From the IMG/VR virus record IMGVR_UViG_3300043009_000039, positions 21,822 through 85,821 of that record: a stretch of 64,000 nucleotides of DNA. One strand, written 5' to 3'. The position numbers were made by a program, and so were the translations under genes. The notes under the pieces are model-generated. The model saw only the letters and a list, made by a program, of their open reading frames with translations, was not told the DNA's origin and made no database searches. Positions 19,760 through 28,865 of the stretch are shown in pieces. Each line of letters starts with the position of its first letter. Position 1 is the first letter of the stretch. The stretch is from a virus (lineage: Duplodnaviria; Caudoviricetes).

Positions 19760-20179
19760 TTATTTGATATTGAATGTTAGTACGTCAAGCTGCTGAACCA
19801 GCGTCGCTTCACGTGTTTTGTTGCTCAGGTTGATTAGCATCGGTTTCAGCTTCTCTTTTCTGTGGCCCATCGCCCAGTGATACTCGTTGTAGATGTTCAC
19901 ATCAAAGTCCTTGTCGTAGAAGTCGATTATCATGCCCAATGCCGGGATGTAGATGTCGGCGTACATCGTGTAGGGCCGCTTGTAAAGGTAAGACCAAAAA
20001 TGTATCGCCCAATAAAGATGATATTCAATTCCCTTTTTCTGAAAGTATTCTTCGAGGAACTGAACTTTCTTCGAACGTTTGTGGAATTTTTTCAAGCCCT
20101 CACGGTAGGCTAAGATGGCTTGCTTCTCCCTTAAATCACCCACCCAATCAGGATGGTCTTGTCGTCTTATAGGAATCAT
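19760..20179 (-). CDS. Degenerate DUF559/Vsr-like nuclease-fold protein
   Basis: FLEEYFQKKGIEY...YADIYIPALGMIIDF parallels the adjacent DUF559 core but lacks E-x-DG. Confidence 0.45.
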   Translation of the reverse strand: MIPIRRQDHPDWVGDLREKQAILAYREGLKKFHKRSKKVQFLEEYFQKKGIEYHLYWAIHFWSYLYKRPYTMYADIYIPALGMIIDFYDKDFDVNIYNEYHWAMGHRKEKLKPMLINLSNKTREATLVQQLDVLTFNIK

Positions 20180-20180
20180 A

Positions 20181-20882
20181 TCAATAATAGGTTTTTGAAA
20201 CGTTTATCTCGCAGTTGGCCAACGTCCAACCAAACACGAATCTTCTGCTTGAAGATTTAATGTAGTCATAGTCGAGAAGCTTCAGGATGTCGGGCGCGGC
20301 AAGCTGTGTGTTAATCTTCGCCTCGAACACATCCTTAAACTCAAAGTACGAACCGATTCTGTTGTCATAAAGCCATATCGGGCCTTTGTGAATGTCCGGG
20401 CCTACCGCTTTAAGACAGTCCTCTTCCGCTTGCTTCAAGTTGCGGTCGAAGGTTGCCGAGTAGATTCTTCGGCGGTTTTTTCTTTTCTCGCCTTTACGGT
20501 TCTCCAAAGACCGAACGATGATTGTTTCAATGTCAATCTCTTCCATTTCGAGGACTTCCTCGTTCGTGAAGCGTGCGATGTACTCGAATCCGTTTTTGAC
20601 GTAGGTGTCTTTTCGGCGGTCTTTTTCTTTTTGTTCTTCTCGCTGATGGCTTTCGCCGTCAATTTCGATGTACATGCGGTAGTAGGGAATGTAGAAGTCA
20701 TAATAGACCCACTCTGTACCGATTCTGTAATTGCCTTTTTCGCGACGGTAATAGAAGTTTGCCTTTTTGAGAAGTTTTTCAAAATGTGCTTCTGCGTCAC
20801 TGTGTTTTGTCAAAAGTTTATTTTGAATTGGAGTAAATCTCTTTTGAACAAACTTCATGTCTGAATAATTCTCGACTTTCAT
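20181..20882 (-). CDS. DUF559 (Vsr-like PD-(D/E)XK) endonuclease
   Basis: SDAEAHFEKLL...YDFYIPYYRMYIEIDGESH...KDRRKDTY...IARFTNEEV. Confidence 0.8.
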   Translation of the reverse strand: MKVENYSDMKFVQKRFTPIQNKLLTKHSDAEAHFEKLLKKANFYYRREKGNYRIGTEWVYYDFYIPYYRMYIEIDGESHQREEQKEKDRRKDTYVKNGFEYIARFTNEEVLEMEEIDIETIIVRSLENRKGEKRKNRRRIYSATFDRNLKQAEEDCLKAVGPDIHKGPIWLYDNRIGSYFEFKDVFEAKINTQLAAPDILKLLDYDYIKSSSRRFVFGWTLANCEINVSKTYY

Positions 20883-21508
20883 ACTTTACTTTTTTAGTTT
20901 TGGCTTTATATATAATATATTACTTGTTATATTATATATTATTACTTGCTTCTCTTATCTCATCAGCTAACTGCGGAAACCTGAGACCCCGAGCGAGGAG
21001 GCGCAAAATTTCCCTTAGCGCTGTTAAACGCTTCGAGAAATCGCGTAAAAAAGTTCCTGCGTATAACCGTCGCCCGTCGCTTTTCAACGCCCATAGCCGT
21101 TGGTACAAATGCTATGACCAAGAGTTCCGCAGTGTCCCCTGCGCCGTCTTTTTGTGCTCTTGCACCCATTGCTGCTCGTGAAACAATGAGCATCTCCTCA
21201 CATAGCGCTGTTGACGGTTCCTTTTAGCGCAGATGTCCTTTCAAGCCAAACGTACACAGCCGCCTCCAGCCTCACCGATAAACTTGAAAGTAAGTATTGG
21301 CGGTTATCAGACTTTATTCCCGTTCTCAGTTCGCTCGATAGGGGCAATAAAAAAATCCATACCGTCAACGATTTTAAGGCACCTGACTTGCAAAACAAGT
21401 CAACGAACTGGTACTAAAAAAGACGATATGGATATATAAAATAAAATCCTTGTGTTACGTATTATAACAGTTCGTTTTGTGCCTTTTTATATCGTTTCCA
21501 ATACGTAA

Positions 21509-21540
21509 CAAAAGTAGGGGCTATTTTTATAACCTCCAAG
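21509..21540 (-). promoter_or_regulatory. Bacteroidota-type promoter overlapping an 11-bp inverted repeat
   Basis: TACTTTTG (21509-21516), CTTG 20 nt upstream; TGTTACGTATT (21453-21463) / AATACGTAACA (21500-21510). Confidence 0.55.
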
Positions 21541-21588
21541 ATATTTTTCAACTTTGTGAGCGGAAAATTTAAATCCGCCCAAAACAGA

Positions 21589-22532
21589 CTAATTAAACAG
21601 CTCGTTTCGCTCGTCGGGTAAAGTTTTGTTACATCTTGCGAGCACTTTTCTAACAGCTTCACGGAAAGTCACGCCGTTGTTTGTGTAGTTCATGACCATG
21701 TTGTAGAGCTTGGGGTAGGTTTTATAGAGCAGGTCGAACTTGTCCTCGAACTGAATCGAGAATCCGCATCCTACGCATCCCGTTCTGTTTGCACCCTGAT
21801 GGTAGACTTCGGCTATTTCGAGGTTGTAACGTTCGACATATTCGAGGATGTCTTTCTCCGTCCAAACAGAGAGAGGATTCGACATGCTCCGTTCGCCGTA
21901 GTAGTTACAGCCCTGATGTCTGAGCCACGTACCCGCACGCATCTGACTCTCGCTTGCCATCATCCCGAGGATTGGCGAGCGACCCGTCTGATGTTCGAAT
22001 TTCTTGAAAGGGTCTTTTTTGAGTTTGTCACAGCATCGGTTGGTGCAGTCGTAAGGTTCGTCTATCAGGTACCGCCATTTCAGCGGCAGGATGTAGCAGC
22101 CTTTGCGGGCCATAAACTTTTGAGAGGTGGCGGTGTTCGGGTCGTGACGTATTCGTCGAATCTTGTCCGATGTTTCCTTGCTTACGAGAGGGAATCCGTA
22201 TTCTTCCCAAACTTGCTTCGGGGTCAGTTTCGGGTAGATGGTCAGGATGTTATACCCCCCCTATGTTTAAGTTTGTTAACAAGGCTGACCACCGACGGGT
22301 TCTCATTTCGGGTGTTGCAGAACACGGCGAGAATGTCGGGGTAGATTCGTCGGCAGAGGTCTAAGAGTACCGTACTGTCGCGACCGCCCGAGAAGCCGAC
22401 ATAGACTTTATCCAATCCTCCCATTCGGGTAACGAACGAGGATATGACGTCGAGGCTGTGTTGAATCTTCTGCTCGAGCGACCATTGCTGTCTTTCTTCG
22501 AGGTCTTTGTAATCCAATTTCATAGGTTCCAT
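21589..22532 (-). CDS. PAPS-reductase-family (PP-loop, Fe-S) protein, split by a -1 frame change at a G7 tract
   Basis: N part FSGGRDSTVLL...NTRNE; C part CCDKLKK, GMMASES, RTGCVGC. The linking YGFPLVSK segment is in the -1 frame directly after G7 (22255-22261). Confidence 0.85.
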
Positions 22533-22571
22533 GTTTTGGTGAGTGTGAGCGGCGTCGTGCCGCCCGTAATG

Positions 22572-22847
22572 TCATTTGTTTTTCAATTCATCGCGAATCT
22601 CGGTAAGCAAGCGGACAATCTTGGTAAGTCCTACCCAGAAACCCGTGCCGACCACCGTAAAGCCCAAGACTATGAGACCATGTATGAACCCATCGGCTTT
22701 CCACAGAATCGCTTTGCAGAGCGCCGCCGCGGTTCCAAACGAGATGATGCCGGACAAGACCGCAACTATGTAGAGGAATGTTTCGGCTCCGCTTTTCGAG
22801 ATTGCTACGTTTTCTTTTGCTTCGTTGTTTACTTCATTTGTGTTCAT
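22572..22847 (-). CDS. Two-TM membrane protein (91 aa; start MNTNEV)
   Basis: Two hydrophobic helices; module upstream of the ATG at 22847. Confidence 0.75.
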   Translation of the reverse strand: MNTNEVNNEAKENVAISKSGAETFLYIVAVLSGIISFGTAAALCKAILWKADGFIHGLIVLGFTVVGTGFWVGLTKIVRLLTEIRDELKNK

Positions 22848-22971
22848 AACCGTAAGTTTTAGTTTCTGCAACATTGCATTGCGGACGGTCTGCTTTGACC
22901 GCCCTGAACCAACAAAACTTAAATTACGCCGCCATAGGCGGAGAGTGGGAGGCGGGTGAACCTCCCGTGTT

Positions 22972-23379
22972 TTAGTAGGTGTAGACAATCTCGTTGAAGA
23001 GAATTATCTGCCACAAGACGCTTGCATCGCTGACGTCAAACTCGCCCGATTTGAACAATGTAAACGCGCCGTAAGCCGCTATCAAATCTTCCTCGCCGTT
23101 AGCCTTAAAATTGCCGTCTAACGCATTTTTAAGCCCTCGTTGGATGTCCTCTAAGGAAACGAAGTAAACGCGGTCTCCGAGGCGATTTATGGCGTTTCTG
23201 AGCGTGCCGTATATTTCGATGTCATTATCGGTCGCCACCTTGATTGTGCCGCCCTCTTGGAAGAGCCGATGCGGGTCTGTATCTCCGTCGAAATACAAGT
23301 CCTCGTTGCCGTAAAGCGTGAGAATCAAATCTTCAAGGTCTGCTGCCGTAAGCTTTTCAATAAATTGTTTGTCGTTCAT
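22972..23379 (-). CDS. Acidic cassette protein (135 aa)
   Basis: ORF with upstream module. Confidence 0.8.
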   Translation of the reverse strand: MNDKQFIEKLTAADLEDLILTLYGNEDLYFDGDTDPHRLFQEGGTIKVATDNDIEIYGTLRNAINRLGDRVYFVSLEDIQRGLKNALDGNFKANGEEDLIAAYGAFTLFKSGEFDVSDASVLWQIILFNEIVYTY

Positions 23380-23430
23380 AACTAAAAGTATTTGGTGAGT
23401 GAAAAGCGGGCGGCTCTCACCGCCCCGAAA

Positions 23431-23793
23431 TCAGGACAGCTCATGGAATACTTTTTCGACAGCCTCCTCTAAACGGATATACGCCTGCGAGGACGTTTTG
23501 TAGTCGCCGACGTACATCTCAACCATGATTTCGCCGTGTTTGGTCATGATGATTTCGCCCGAGCGGTCGTCCTCTTCGCCCACTTCACTCGGGTAGAAGC
23601 CCATGTAGAGTGACTTGTTCCGTCCTATCTCGCAGGTGATAACCATTGACTTCCTCCCTTTCTGCCACTTTACGTCGCTGAAGAATGCGTGAGGAATGTA
23701 AGGCTCTTCGCACCAGTCCTTGATGCCGAGCTTGTCAATTACTTCTTTCAGCACATCGTATGCCGAGCATTTCGTTAAATCGAACTGTTTCAT
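23431..23793 (-). CDS. Cassette protein (120 aa)
   Basis: ORF with upstream module. Confidence 0.8.
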   Translation of the reverse strand: MKQFDLTKCSAYDVLKEVIDKLGIKDWCEEPYIPHAFFSDVKWQKGRKSMVITCEIGRNKSLYMGFYPSEVGEEDDRSGEIIMTKHGEIMVEMYVGDYKTSSQAYIRLEEAVEKVFHELS

Positions 23794-23930
23794 AGATTAC
23801 GTTTGTTTGGTGAGAAAATAGAAGGAGGGTCTTGTTCAAACCCTCCCTGCCTTGCATATCCGTCGCGGATGGCTCGGCTTCTGAAATACTTAAACAATTA
23901 TGAATCAGCGGGAGGTTTTCACCTCCCTTT

Positions 23931-24008
23931 TTAGTCCGCCCTGCCGTTTGTGAGGTCTGCGAACACATTCAAAATCTCAACGGCAAGAACAATGATGAAA
24001 AGCAACAT
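23931..24008 (-). CDS. 25-aa hydrophobic peptide (not in the ORF track)
   Basis: MLLFIIVLAVEILNVFADLTNGRAD; starts 13 nt after the stop of 24022..24210. Confidence 0.5.
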   Translation of the reverse strand: MLLFIIVLAVEILNVFADLTNGRAD

Positions 24009-24021
24009 AAAGGTAAGGTTT

Positions 24022-24210
24022 TTATCGGTTTGACAATTCTGATTCGATTAATTTTTTCAACCCCTGACGGGTATCCGCTTTCACGAACGTATAATATTTG
24101 CCGCCCGTGTCGAAGAATGCCTCGAACATTCCCTGCGGTGTCATTCTTATAGAACCGATGTAGTTGCCGTCACGTTCAATGTTTCCGTTTCTTTTAAATA
24201 CAATTTTCAT
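24022..24210 (-). CDS. Cassette protein (62 aa)
   Basis: ORF with upstream module. Confidence 0.75.
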   Translation of the reverse strand: MKIVFKRNGNIERDGNYIGSIRMTPQGMFEAFFDTGGKYYTFVKADTRQGLKKLIESELSNR

Positions 24211-24255
24211 AACTTGTAGTTTTTAATTGGTTTGTGCAGTCGGGTTGCCCCGACT

Positions 24256-24633
24256 TTATTCATTAGACATAATCTCATCAAGAAGCTTTTCCAATTTAAG
24301 CCCAATCTCTTCCAACGTTTTTTCCGAGCCGAGTCTTATTGCACTTTTAAAGATGTAAAACAAATCCTGCGTCCGAAACTCTCCGTAATCGCAGACCGTT
24401 TCACTTCCGTCCGTTTCATTGCATATGTAATCTGCTATTTCGTTTTTATAGAACGTTGAAAAATTGATGTAATCGTTTACACAAGCAAGATAAAAGTTGG
24501 CGAGCCAGCTCTTACCCAAATAATCTCTTTCGGGATAATTCTCGTTTTGGCTTTCCAAACTGAAATGCTTCTTGCACACTTTTACCACGATGACGTTAAA
24601 TTCTCTTACTCCGAGTTCTTTAAATGTAATCAT
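24256..24633 (-). CDS. Cassette protein (125 aa)
   Basis: ORF with upstream module. Confidence 0.8.
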   Translation of the reverse strand: MITFKELGVREFNVIVVKVCKKHFSLESQNENYPERDYLGKSWLANFYLACVNDYINFSTFYKNEIADYICNETDGSETVCDYGEFRTQDLFYIFKSAIRLGSEKTLEEIGLKLEKLLDEIMSNE

Positions 24634-24690
24634 AATTCTAAGTTTTAATCGGTTAATAATTGGCGAGCGGTCTTGTCGACCGCTTTAAGG

Positions 24691-24930
24691 CTAAACATAG
24701 CGCACTGCCCGGCCTTTACTTTTCGACAGCTGTTGGCGCAACAATTTTTTGTAGCCTCTTATATTGCATTCCATATTTCTGACGCATTCGTATGCCTCCG
24801 CTTTAGTCCAGAAGTAATATGTGTATTGCCAATACAAATCATATACAAACCACATTTTACCGCCTGAAACATCACACAGCCCTGCAAATCCAATGTTTTT
24901 ACCTTTGTTGAATGATTCTAATAGTGCCAT
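24691..24930 (-). CDS. Cassette protein (79 aa)
   Basis: ORF with upstream module. Confidence 0.75.
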   Translation of the reverse strand: MALLESFNKGKNIGFAGLCDVSGGKMWFVYDLYWQYTYYFWTKAEAYECVRNMECNIRGYKKLLRQQLSKSKGRAVRYV

Positions 24931-24993
24931 AATATCTGAGTTTTATTGGTTGAACATGGTGAGCGGTCGTAAGTCCTACAACCGCTCTTTAAG

Positions 24994-25539
24994 TTACAGC
25001 TCGCAGATGCCGATAACGTAATTGTGAGAGTCATAGCTGAACTCGACGGGCTGTTGCTTGACGGTATCGTAAAGCTCGCCGTTACAGATAATCAGCATCT
25101 CATCATCGTTTTTATCGTAAGCCGCGTCGCAGATTTTTTCGAATTGCTCTACCGCATCTTTTACTTCTTCGATGCTGTCGGCGTTTTCAAGCATCTCCAT
25201 AAGATTGCCTTTATTCTCTTTGAAATACTGTTGCCCCGTACCGTAAAACGTAATGCAGTCGTCAGACAGATAACGCTCTACGTCTATACCGTCACACATC
25301 CAATCGCGGAGTCTTGTGTAGAAATGATGCCCGTCGGGTCTGTCAAGCTCGAAGATGCATGTCTTTTTGAAGTACTTCTCTGCGACTTCGTTTGCAACGT
25401 CCATGTCCCTGAAGCCTATCAAAGCTTCTCTGACACCGTGAGGAAAATCGCTTTTGTCGTCGTTGGTTTCAACAATTCTAAGACTCGGGTAAACGTCCAC
25501 AATGTGCTGTAACTTTTCGGAATATTCTTCTCGTGTCAT
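24994..25539 (-). CDS. Acidic cassette protein (181 aa)
   Basis: ORF with upstream module; D/E-rich C-terminal half. Confidence 0.8.
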   Translation of the reverse strand: MTREEYSEKLQHIVDVYPSLRIVETNDDKSDFPHGVREALIGFRDMDVANEVAEKYFKKTCIFELDRPDGHHFYTRLRDWMCDGIDVERYLSDDCITFYGTGQQYFKENKGNLMEMLENADSIEEVKDAVEQFEKICDAAYDKNDDEMLIICNGELYDTVKQQPVEFSYDSHNYVIGICEL

Positions 25540-25594
25540 AATGTATAAGTTTTATTGGTTAGTAGTAGCGGGCGGGACGTCCCACCCTTAAAGG

Positions 25595-25978
25595 TTAGAA
25601 TTGAATGACCGAGCGTTTGTATTCCCAATGCCTTGCGTCCATAATCCTTGTCCGTTTCAGCTGACACAACGTGTATATCTTGTGAATATACTGAATGATT
25701 GCGGCTGTCGGGCGGGCGTCCTTTATGCAGTCCGCATTCTCTTCCGCAAACTTTCTCTCGTCAAACTCGGCGGAGTCTACGATTCTCTTTATGCCCGTGT
25801 TTACCATATCTCCGTCGTCATACAATACGTAGCAATAGACTTCGGAATAATTATCGGACAAAGAGCGCAGGGCGTTTTTCTGATATGTTTTCTCGTTTTG
25901 TTTCGCCGTTTTCTTTTCAGCTCCCTCGGGATTAATGTTGAGTAACGGCAGTCTGTCATAATACATATTCTTTTTCAT
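25595..25978 (-). CDS. Cassette protein (127 aa)
   Basis: ORF with upstream module. Confidence 0.8.
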   Translation of the reverse strand: MKKNMYYDRLPLLNINPEGAEKKTAKQNEKTYQKNALRSLSDNYSEVYCYVLYDDGDMVNTGIKRIVDSAEFDERKFAEENADCIKDARPTAAIIQYIHKIYTLCQLKRTRIMDARHWEYKRSVIQF

Positions 25979-26027
25979 AATCGTAAGTTTTGTTAGTACT
26001 CGTAGTCGGCCCGCAGACCGACTTTGG

Positions 26028-26369
26028 TCAATAAACGCTCTGTGGGTAATTTTTTAACGCCCAATCAATCGCTGATTGGCACTCTTTACGGGTTTTCCAC
26101 TTAACGCCCACGCCGTTTAATTTTTGCGGTATGCCATGAAGATAGTCATATACCACCCACCATATTTTGCCGTCCAACGCTTCGCGTTTGATTGGCCTGA
26201 ATCTGCCGAACAGTGCGCAGGAGCATTCAGCGAGTGTTCCTTTGCATTTAAATTCTCCGTTCAGATACGCGGTGTAGTACATATCGCCCATACAGTTCCA
26301 ATGGCGGTCAATTTCTCCGTATTTACCGCGATATTCATTCTTGGTGAACCATTGTGCATAATTTTCCAT
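26028..26369 (-). CDS. Cassette protein (113 aa)
   Basis: ORF with upstream module. Confidence 0.8.
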   Translation of the reverse strand: MENYAQWFTKNEYRGKYGEIDRHWNCMGDMYYTAYLNGEFKCKGTLAECSCALFGRFRPIKREALDGKIWWVVYDYLHGIPQKLNGVGVKWKTRKECQSAIDWALKNYPQSVY

Positions 26370-26421
26370 AATCGTAGCTTTATTGGTTAGATATTGTGGG
26401 CGGCTCTCGCACGCCCTTTGT

Positions 26422-26706
26422 TTAGAGTCTGCTGTAATATTTCAACAACGCGGCACAAATGTAGTAGTCATTGTAGTATCGCATCCATCCGCCGCTTATG
26501 AGCATATCGTTTATCTCGCTGTCACGGAGCTTTCTTGTTTCCCGCTCTTCGATATACGATACTTTCATTGTTTCCTCATCAACCGCCTCGATTTTGAACA
26601 ACCCGTGACACAAACGGTCGTCGTCATCATCCGTGAGTTGTTTGAGGGCGTCATAAACATCTTCTGCACTGTATGCAAATTCTACGGTTTTTTCTTTTGT
26701 TTCCAT
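26422..26706 (-). CDS. Cassette protein (94 aa; start METKEK)
   Basis: Module directly upstream of the ATG at 26706. Confidence 0.75.
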   Translation of the reverse strand: METKEKTVEFAYSAEDVYDALKQLTDDDDDRLCHGLFKIEAVDEETMKVSYIEERETRKLRDSEINDMLISGGWMRYYNDYYICAALLKYYSRL

Positions 26707-26753
26707 AATTCTTGTTTTTATTGGTTGGTTGCGGGCGGCATTAACCGCCACAA

Positions 26754-27038
26754 TTAAGGCAATGTTACGTAATAAAATCCGCACCCCTCTTTGATAAAAT
26801 TAAAACCGTTCTGTCTAACCCAGTCAGCAAAGCCGATAAAATATTTACCGTTTACCTCCAAATACTCCCCGTAAATGGTTTTCCCGATTTTCGCGTCCGG
26901 TCTATCGAGGTAAAGATATTGAAATTCAATCCGTACACGAGTTTTTCCTTTCATAAAGAGTTCTGTGAGGTACTTTTCGATTTGGCTGTAATCCAAATCT
27001 TTCGTCAAATCTGCTTTAATCTTTTGTGCTAAGTTCAT
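26754..27038 (-). CDS. Cassette protein (94 aa)
   Basis: ORF with upstream module. Confidence 0.8.
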   Translation of the reverse strand: MNLAQKIKADLTKDLDYSQIEKYLTELFMKGKTRVRIEFQYLYLDRPDAKIGKTIYGEYLEVNGKYFIGFADWVRQNGFNFIKEGCGFYYVTLP

Positions 27039-27180
27039 AATATGTAAGTTTTAGTTGGCAATTGTTAGCGGTCTGTGACCGCTATCTTTCAATCGGTTAA
27101 AAAAACGTGATTCATCAATTGTTTCGGCACGCTTAACAGAACCGGGACAACCCACACGCCCCCGAAGGATTCATTATCAT

Positions 27181-27417
27181 TCAGCGCTTCGGCAAGCTCT
27201 TCGTATGAAAAAATCCAAGCTCTTCTTCGGAATAAATCTCTTCCTCGGTAAGATTGAATGTTTTTTCCATCAATTCAAGCGCGTCAATATTGTCATCGAA
27301 CTTCTCCAAGTAGAACGCTTCAACGAATTTGCTTCTTTCGATTTCTTTACCGTTAACCGATATAGGACATACGAGAAAGAACGGTTCGTAACCGTCATGA
27401 GTCATAGTAATCTTCAT
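27181..27417 (-). CDS. Acidic cassette protein (78 aa; start MKITMT)
   Basis: Module directly upstream of the ATG at 27417. Confidence 0.75.
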   Translation of the reverse strand: MKITMTHDGYEPFFLVCPISVNGKEIERSKFVEAFYLEKFDDNIDALELMEKTFNLTEEEIYSEEELGFFHTKSLPKR

Positions 27418-27471
27418 AATTATAAATTTTAGTTGGTTAATAATGTGGCCGGCCCGAAAGCCAGCCAATGT

Positions 27472-27756
27472 TTATGAAAGAGTGAAGTTGCCACGGTATA
27501 GCTTGAACACCATCGCTTGCGCTGTGTCGTACAATTTATCAAGGACTTGATTCTGCTCCTTTCGATGAGCCTTGTATTGCTCTTCGCTTGTAATCACTCC
27601 TTCAGCGATGAGCCTTTTTGTCTCGGCAACCTGCTTGGAGATAATCGCAATCTCGAGTCGTCTGTACTGGTCTCTGATTTCGAATATCGACTTGCCATTC
27701 GGCTGTAACTTCACCCATGAGGCTAATTTTTTGCCTACATTGAATCTCTGTTTCAT
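27472..27756 (-). CDS. Cassette protein (94 aa)
   Basis: ORF with upstream module. Confidence 0.8.
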   Translation of the reverse strand: MKQRFNVGKKLASWVKLQPNGKSIFEIRDQYRRLEIAIISKQVAETKRLIAEGVITSEEQYKAHRKEQNQVLDKLYDTAQAMVFKLYRGNFTLS

Positions 27757-27808
27757 AATTTCTATTTTATTGGTTAAACATTGGCGAGCGGAGTAATCCG
27801 CTCATTGA

Positions 27809-28219
27809 TTACCACTTAACTTGTTCTACCTCGTCAAGCTCTTTGCGAATCGTGTCTATCAGCTTTCGAGTCAAAGTAACATCTTCGCACCCATACTCTA
27901 TAACGGACGGACATTGGTTAATCAGCGATATTACGCCTTGTGTAACCATTAAGACCATGTAATCTTCAGGGTCGTCAAACGGGTCTGTATAAGGGCCGCT
28001 GAGAACATCCCTTTCAAATTTCCAATAAGCCGACGCATCGGCACGCCATTCGCACAAGTATTCCAAGGCAAGCTCTTCGGACTCGGTGAGCGTGCCGTTG
28101 TAGTTTATGTCGTCCATAATGTAATCGCCTATATCACTTGCTTTGACTTCCATATCTTCTTTCCAAGGCAACTGCATTTTAGCCATTTCGCGGCAGTAAT
28201 CAGTGAAATTCTTTTTCAT
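27809..28219 (-). CDS. Acidic cassette protein (136 aa)
   Basis: ORF with upstream module. Confidence 0.8.
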   Translation of the reverse strand: MKKNFTDYCREMAKMQLPWKEDMEVKASDIGDYIMDDINYNGTLTESEELALEYLCEWRADASAYWKFERDVLSGPYTDPFDDPEDYMVLMVTQGVISLINQCPSVIEYGCEDVTLTRKLIDTIRKELDEVEQVKW

Positions 28220-28268
28220 AATTGTAAAGTTTTAAGTTTAGTTGTGAGCGGTAATAACCGCTCATTGA

Positions 28269-28811
28269 TTAGAAAGTGAGCACAAATTTATCATACGTAT
28301 CCGAGTCCGCCACCTGCTCCATCTTCCCGCCAAGAAAGACGGCAACACCATAGTAGCAGCTCATCCCGCAACCGCTTTCAAAGTATGGTCGGAATCCGCC
28401 GTTACCGTAGTGTGCGCCAAGCGGGGCTTTTTTAGCTTTTCTTCTGCAACGCCACAACATTCCGCGGCATAACTGATTCATTACGTCGGCTACCACGGTG
28501 GATTTTTTGTCGTAGCCCCAACCGCTGCAAGTGGCAGAGGCTTGCTTCCAATGTCCGTCGGAATACTGCGCCCATGCGGTGGCGTGCGGGTTGTAGCCCC
28601 AAGTTTTGTTGCGCTTCCATTCGATGTCGATTTCAAGCCGCTTTACGGGAAGCTCTTTATCCATCTGCTCAAATTCATCGTTTGCTCTCTTCAGCTCACC
28701 TCGTATGCCTCGCATCGTGGCTTTCTTTGAGTACTTTACGATATGTTCGATACACTTTACGGTAAGGTACGGATAGTCGTTTCTCAGGCTCTTTAATTCT
28801 TTGCGTGTCAT
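28269..28811 (-). CDS. Basic cassette protein (180 aa)
   Basis: ORF with upstream module; contains CSGWGYDK. Confidence 0.8.
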   Translation of the reverse strand: MTRKELKSLRNDYPYLTVKCIEHIVKYSKKATMRGIRGELKRANDEFEQMDKELPVKRLEIDIEWKRNKTWGYNPHATAWAQYSDGHWKQASATCSGWGYDKKSTVVADVMNQLCRGMLWRCRRKAKKAPLGAHYGNGGFRPYFESGCGMSCYYGVAVFLGGKMEQVADSDTYDKFVLTF

Positions 28812-28865
28812 AATTTCAAGTTTTTAATTGGTTAGTAATGGGTGTCGGGTCGCCCCGACAAATAA

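Noticed and set aside
21453-21510. Invertible promoter flanked by 11-bp inverted repeats
   Set aside because: The enclosed segment is only 36 bp and the promoter boxes lie mostly outside it; an operator or hairpin is more likely.
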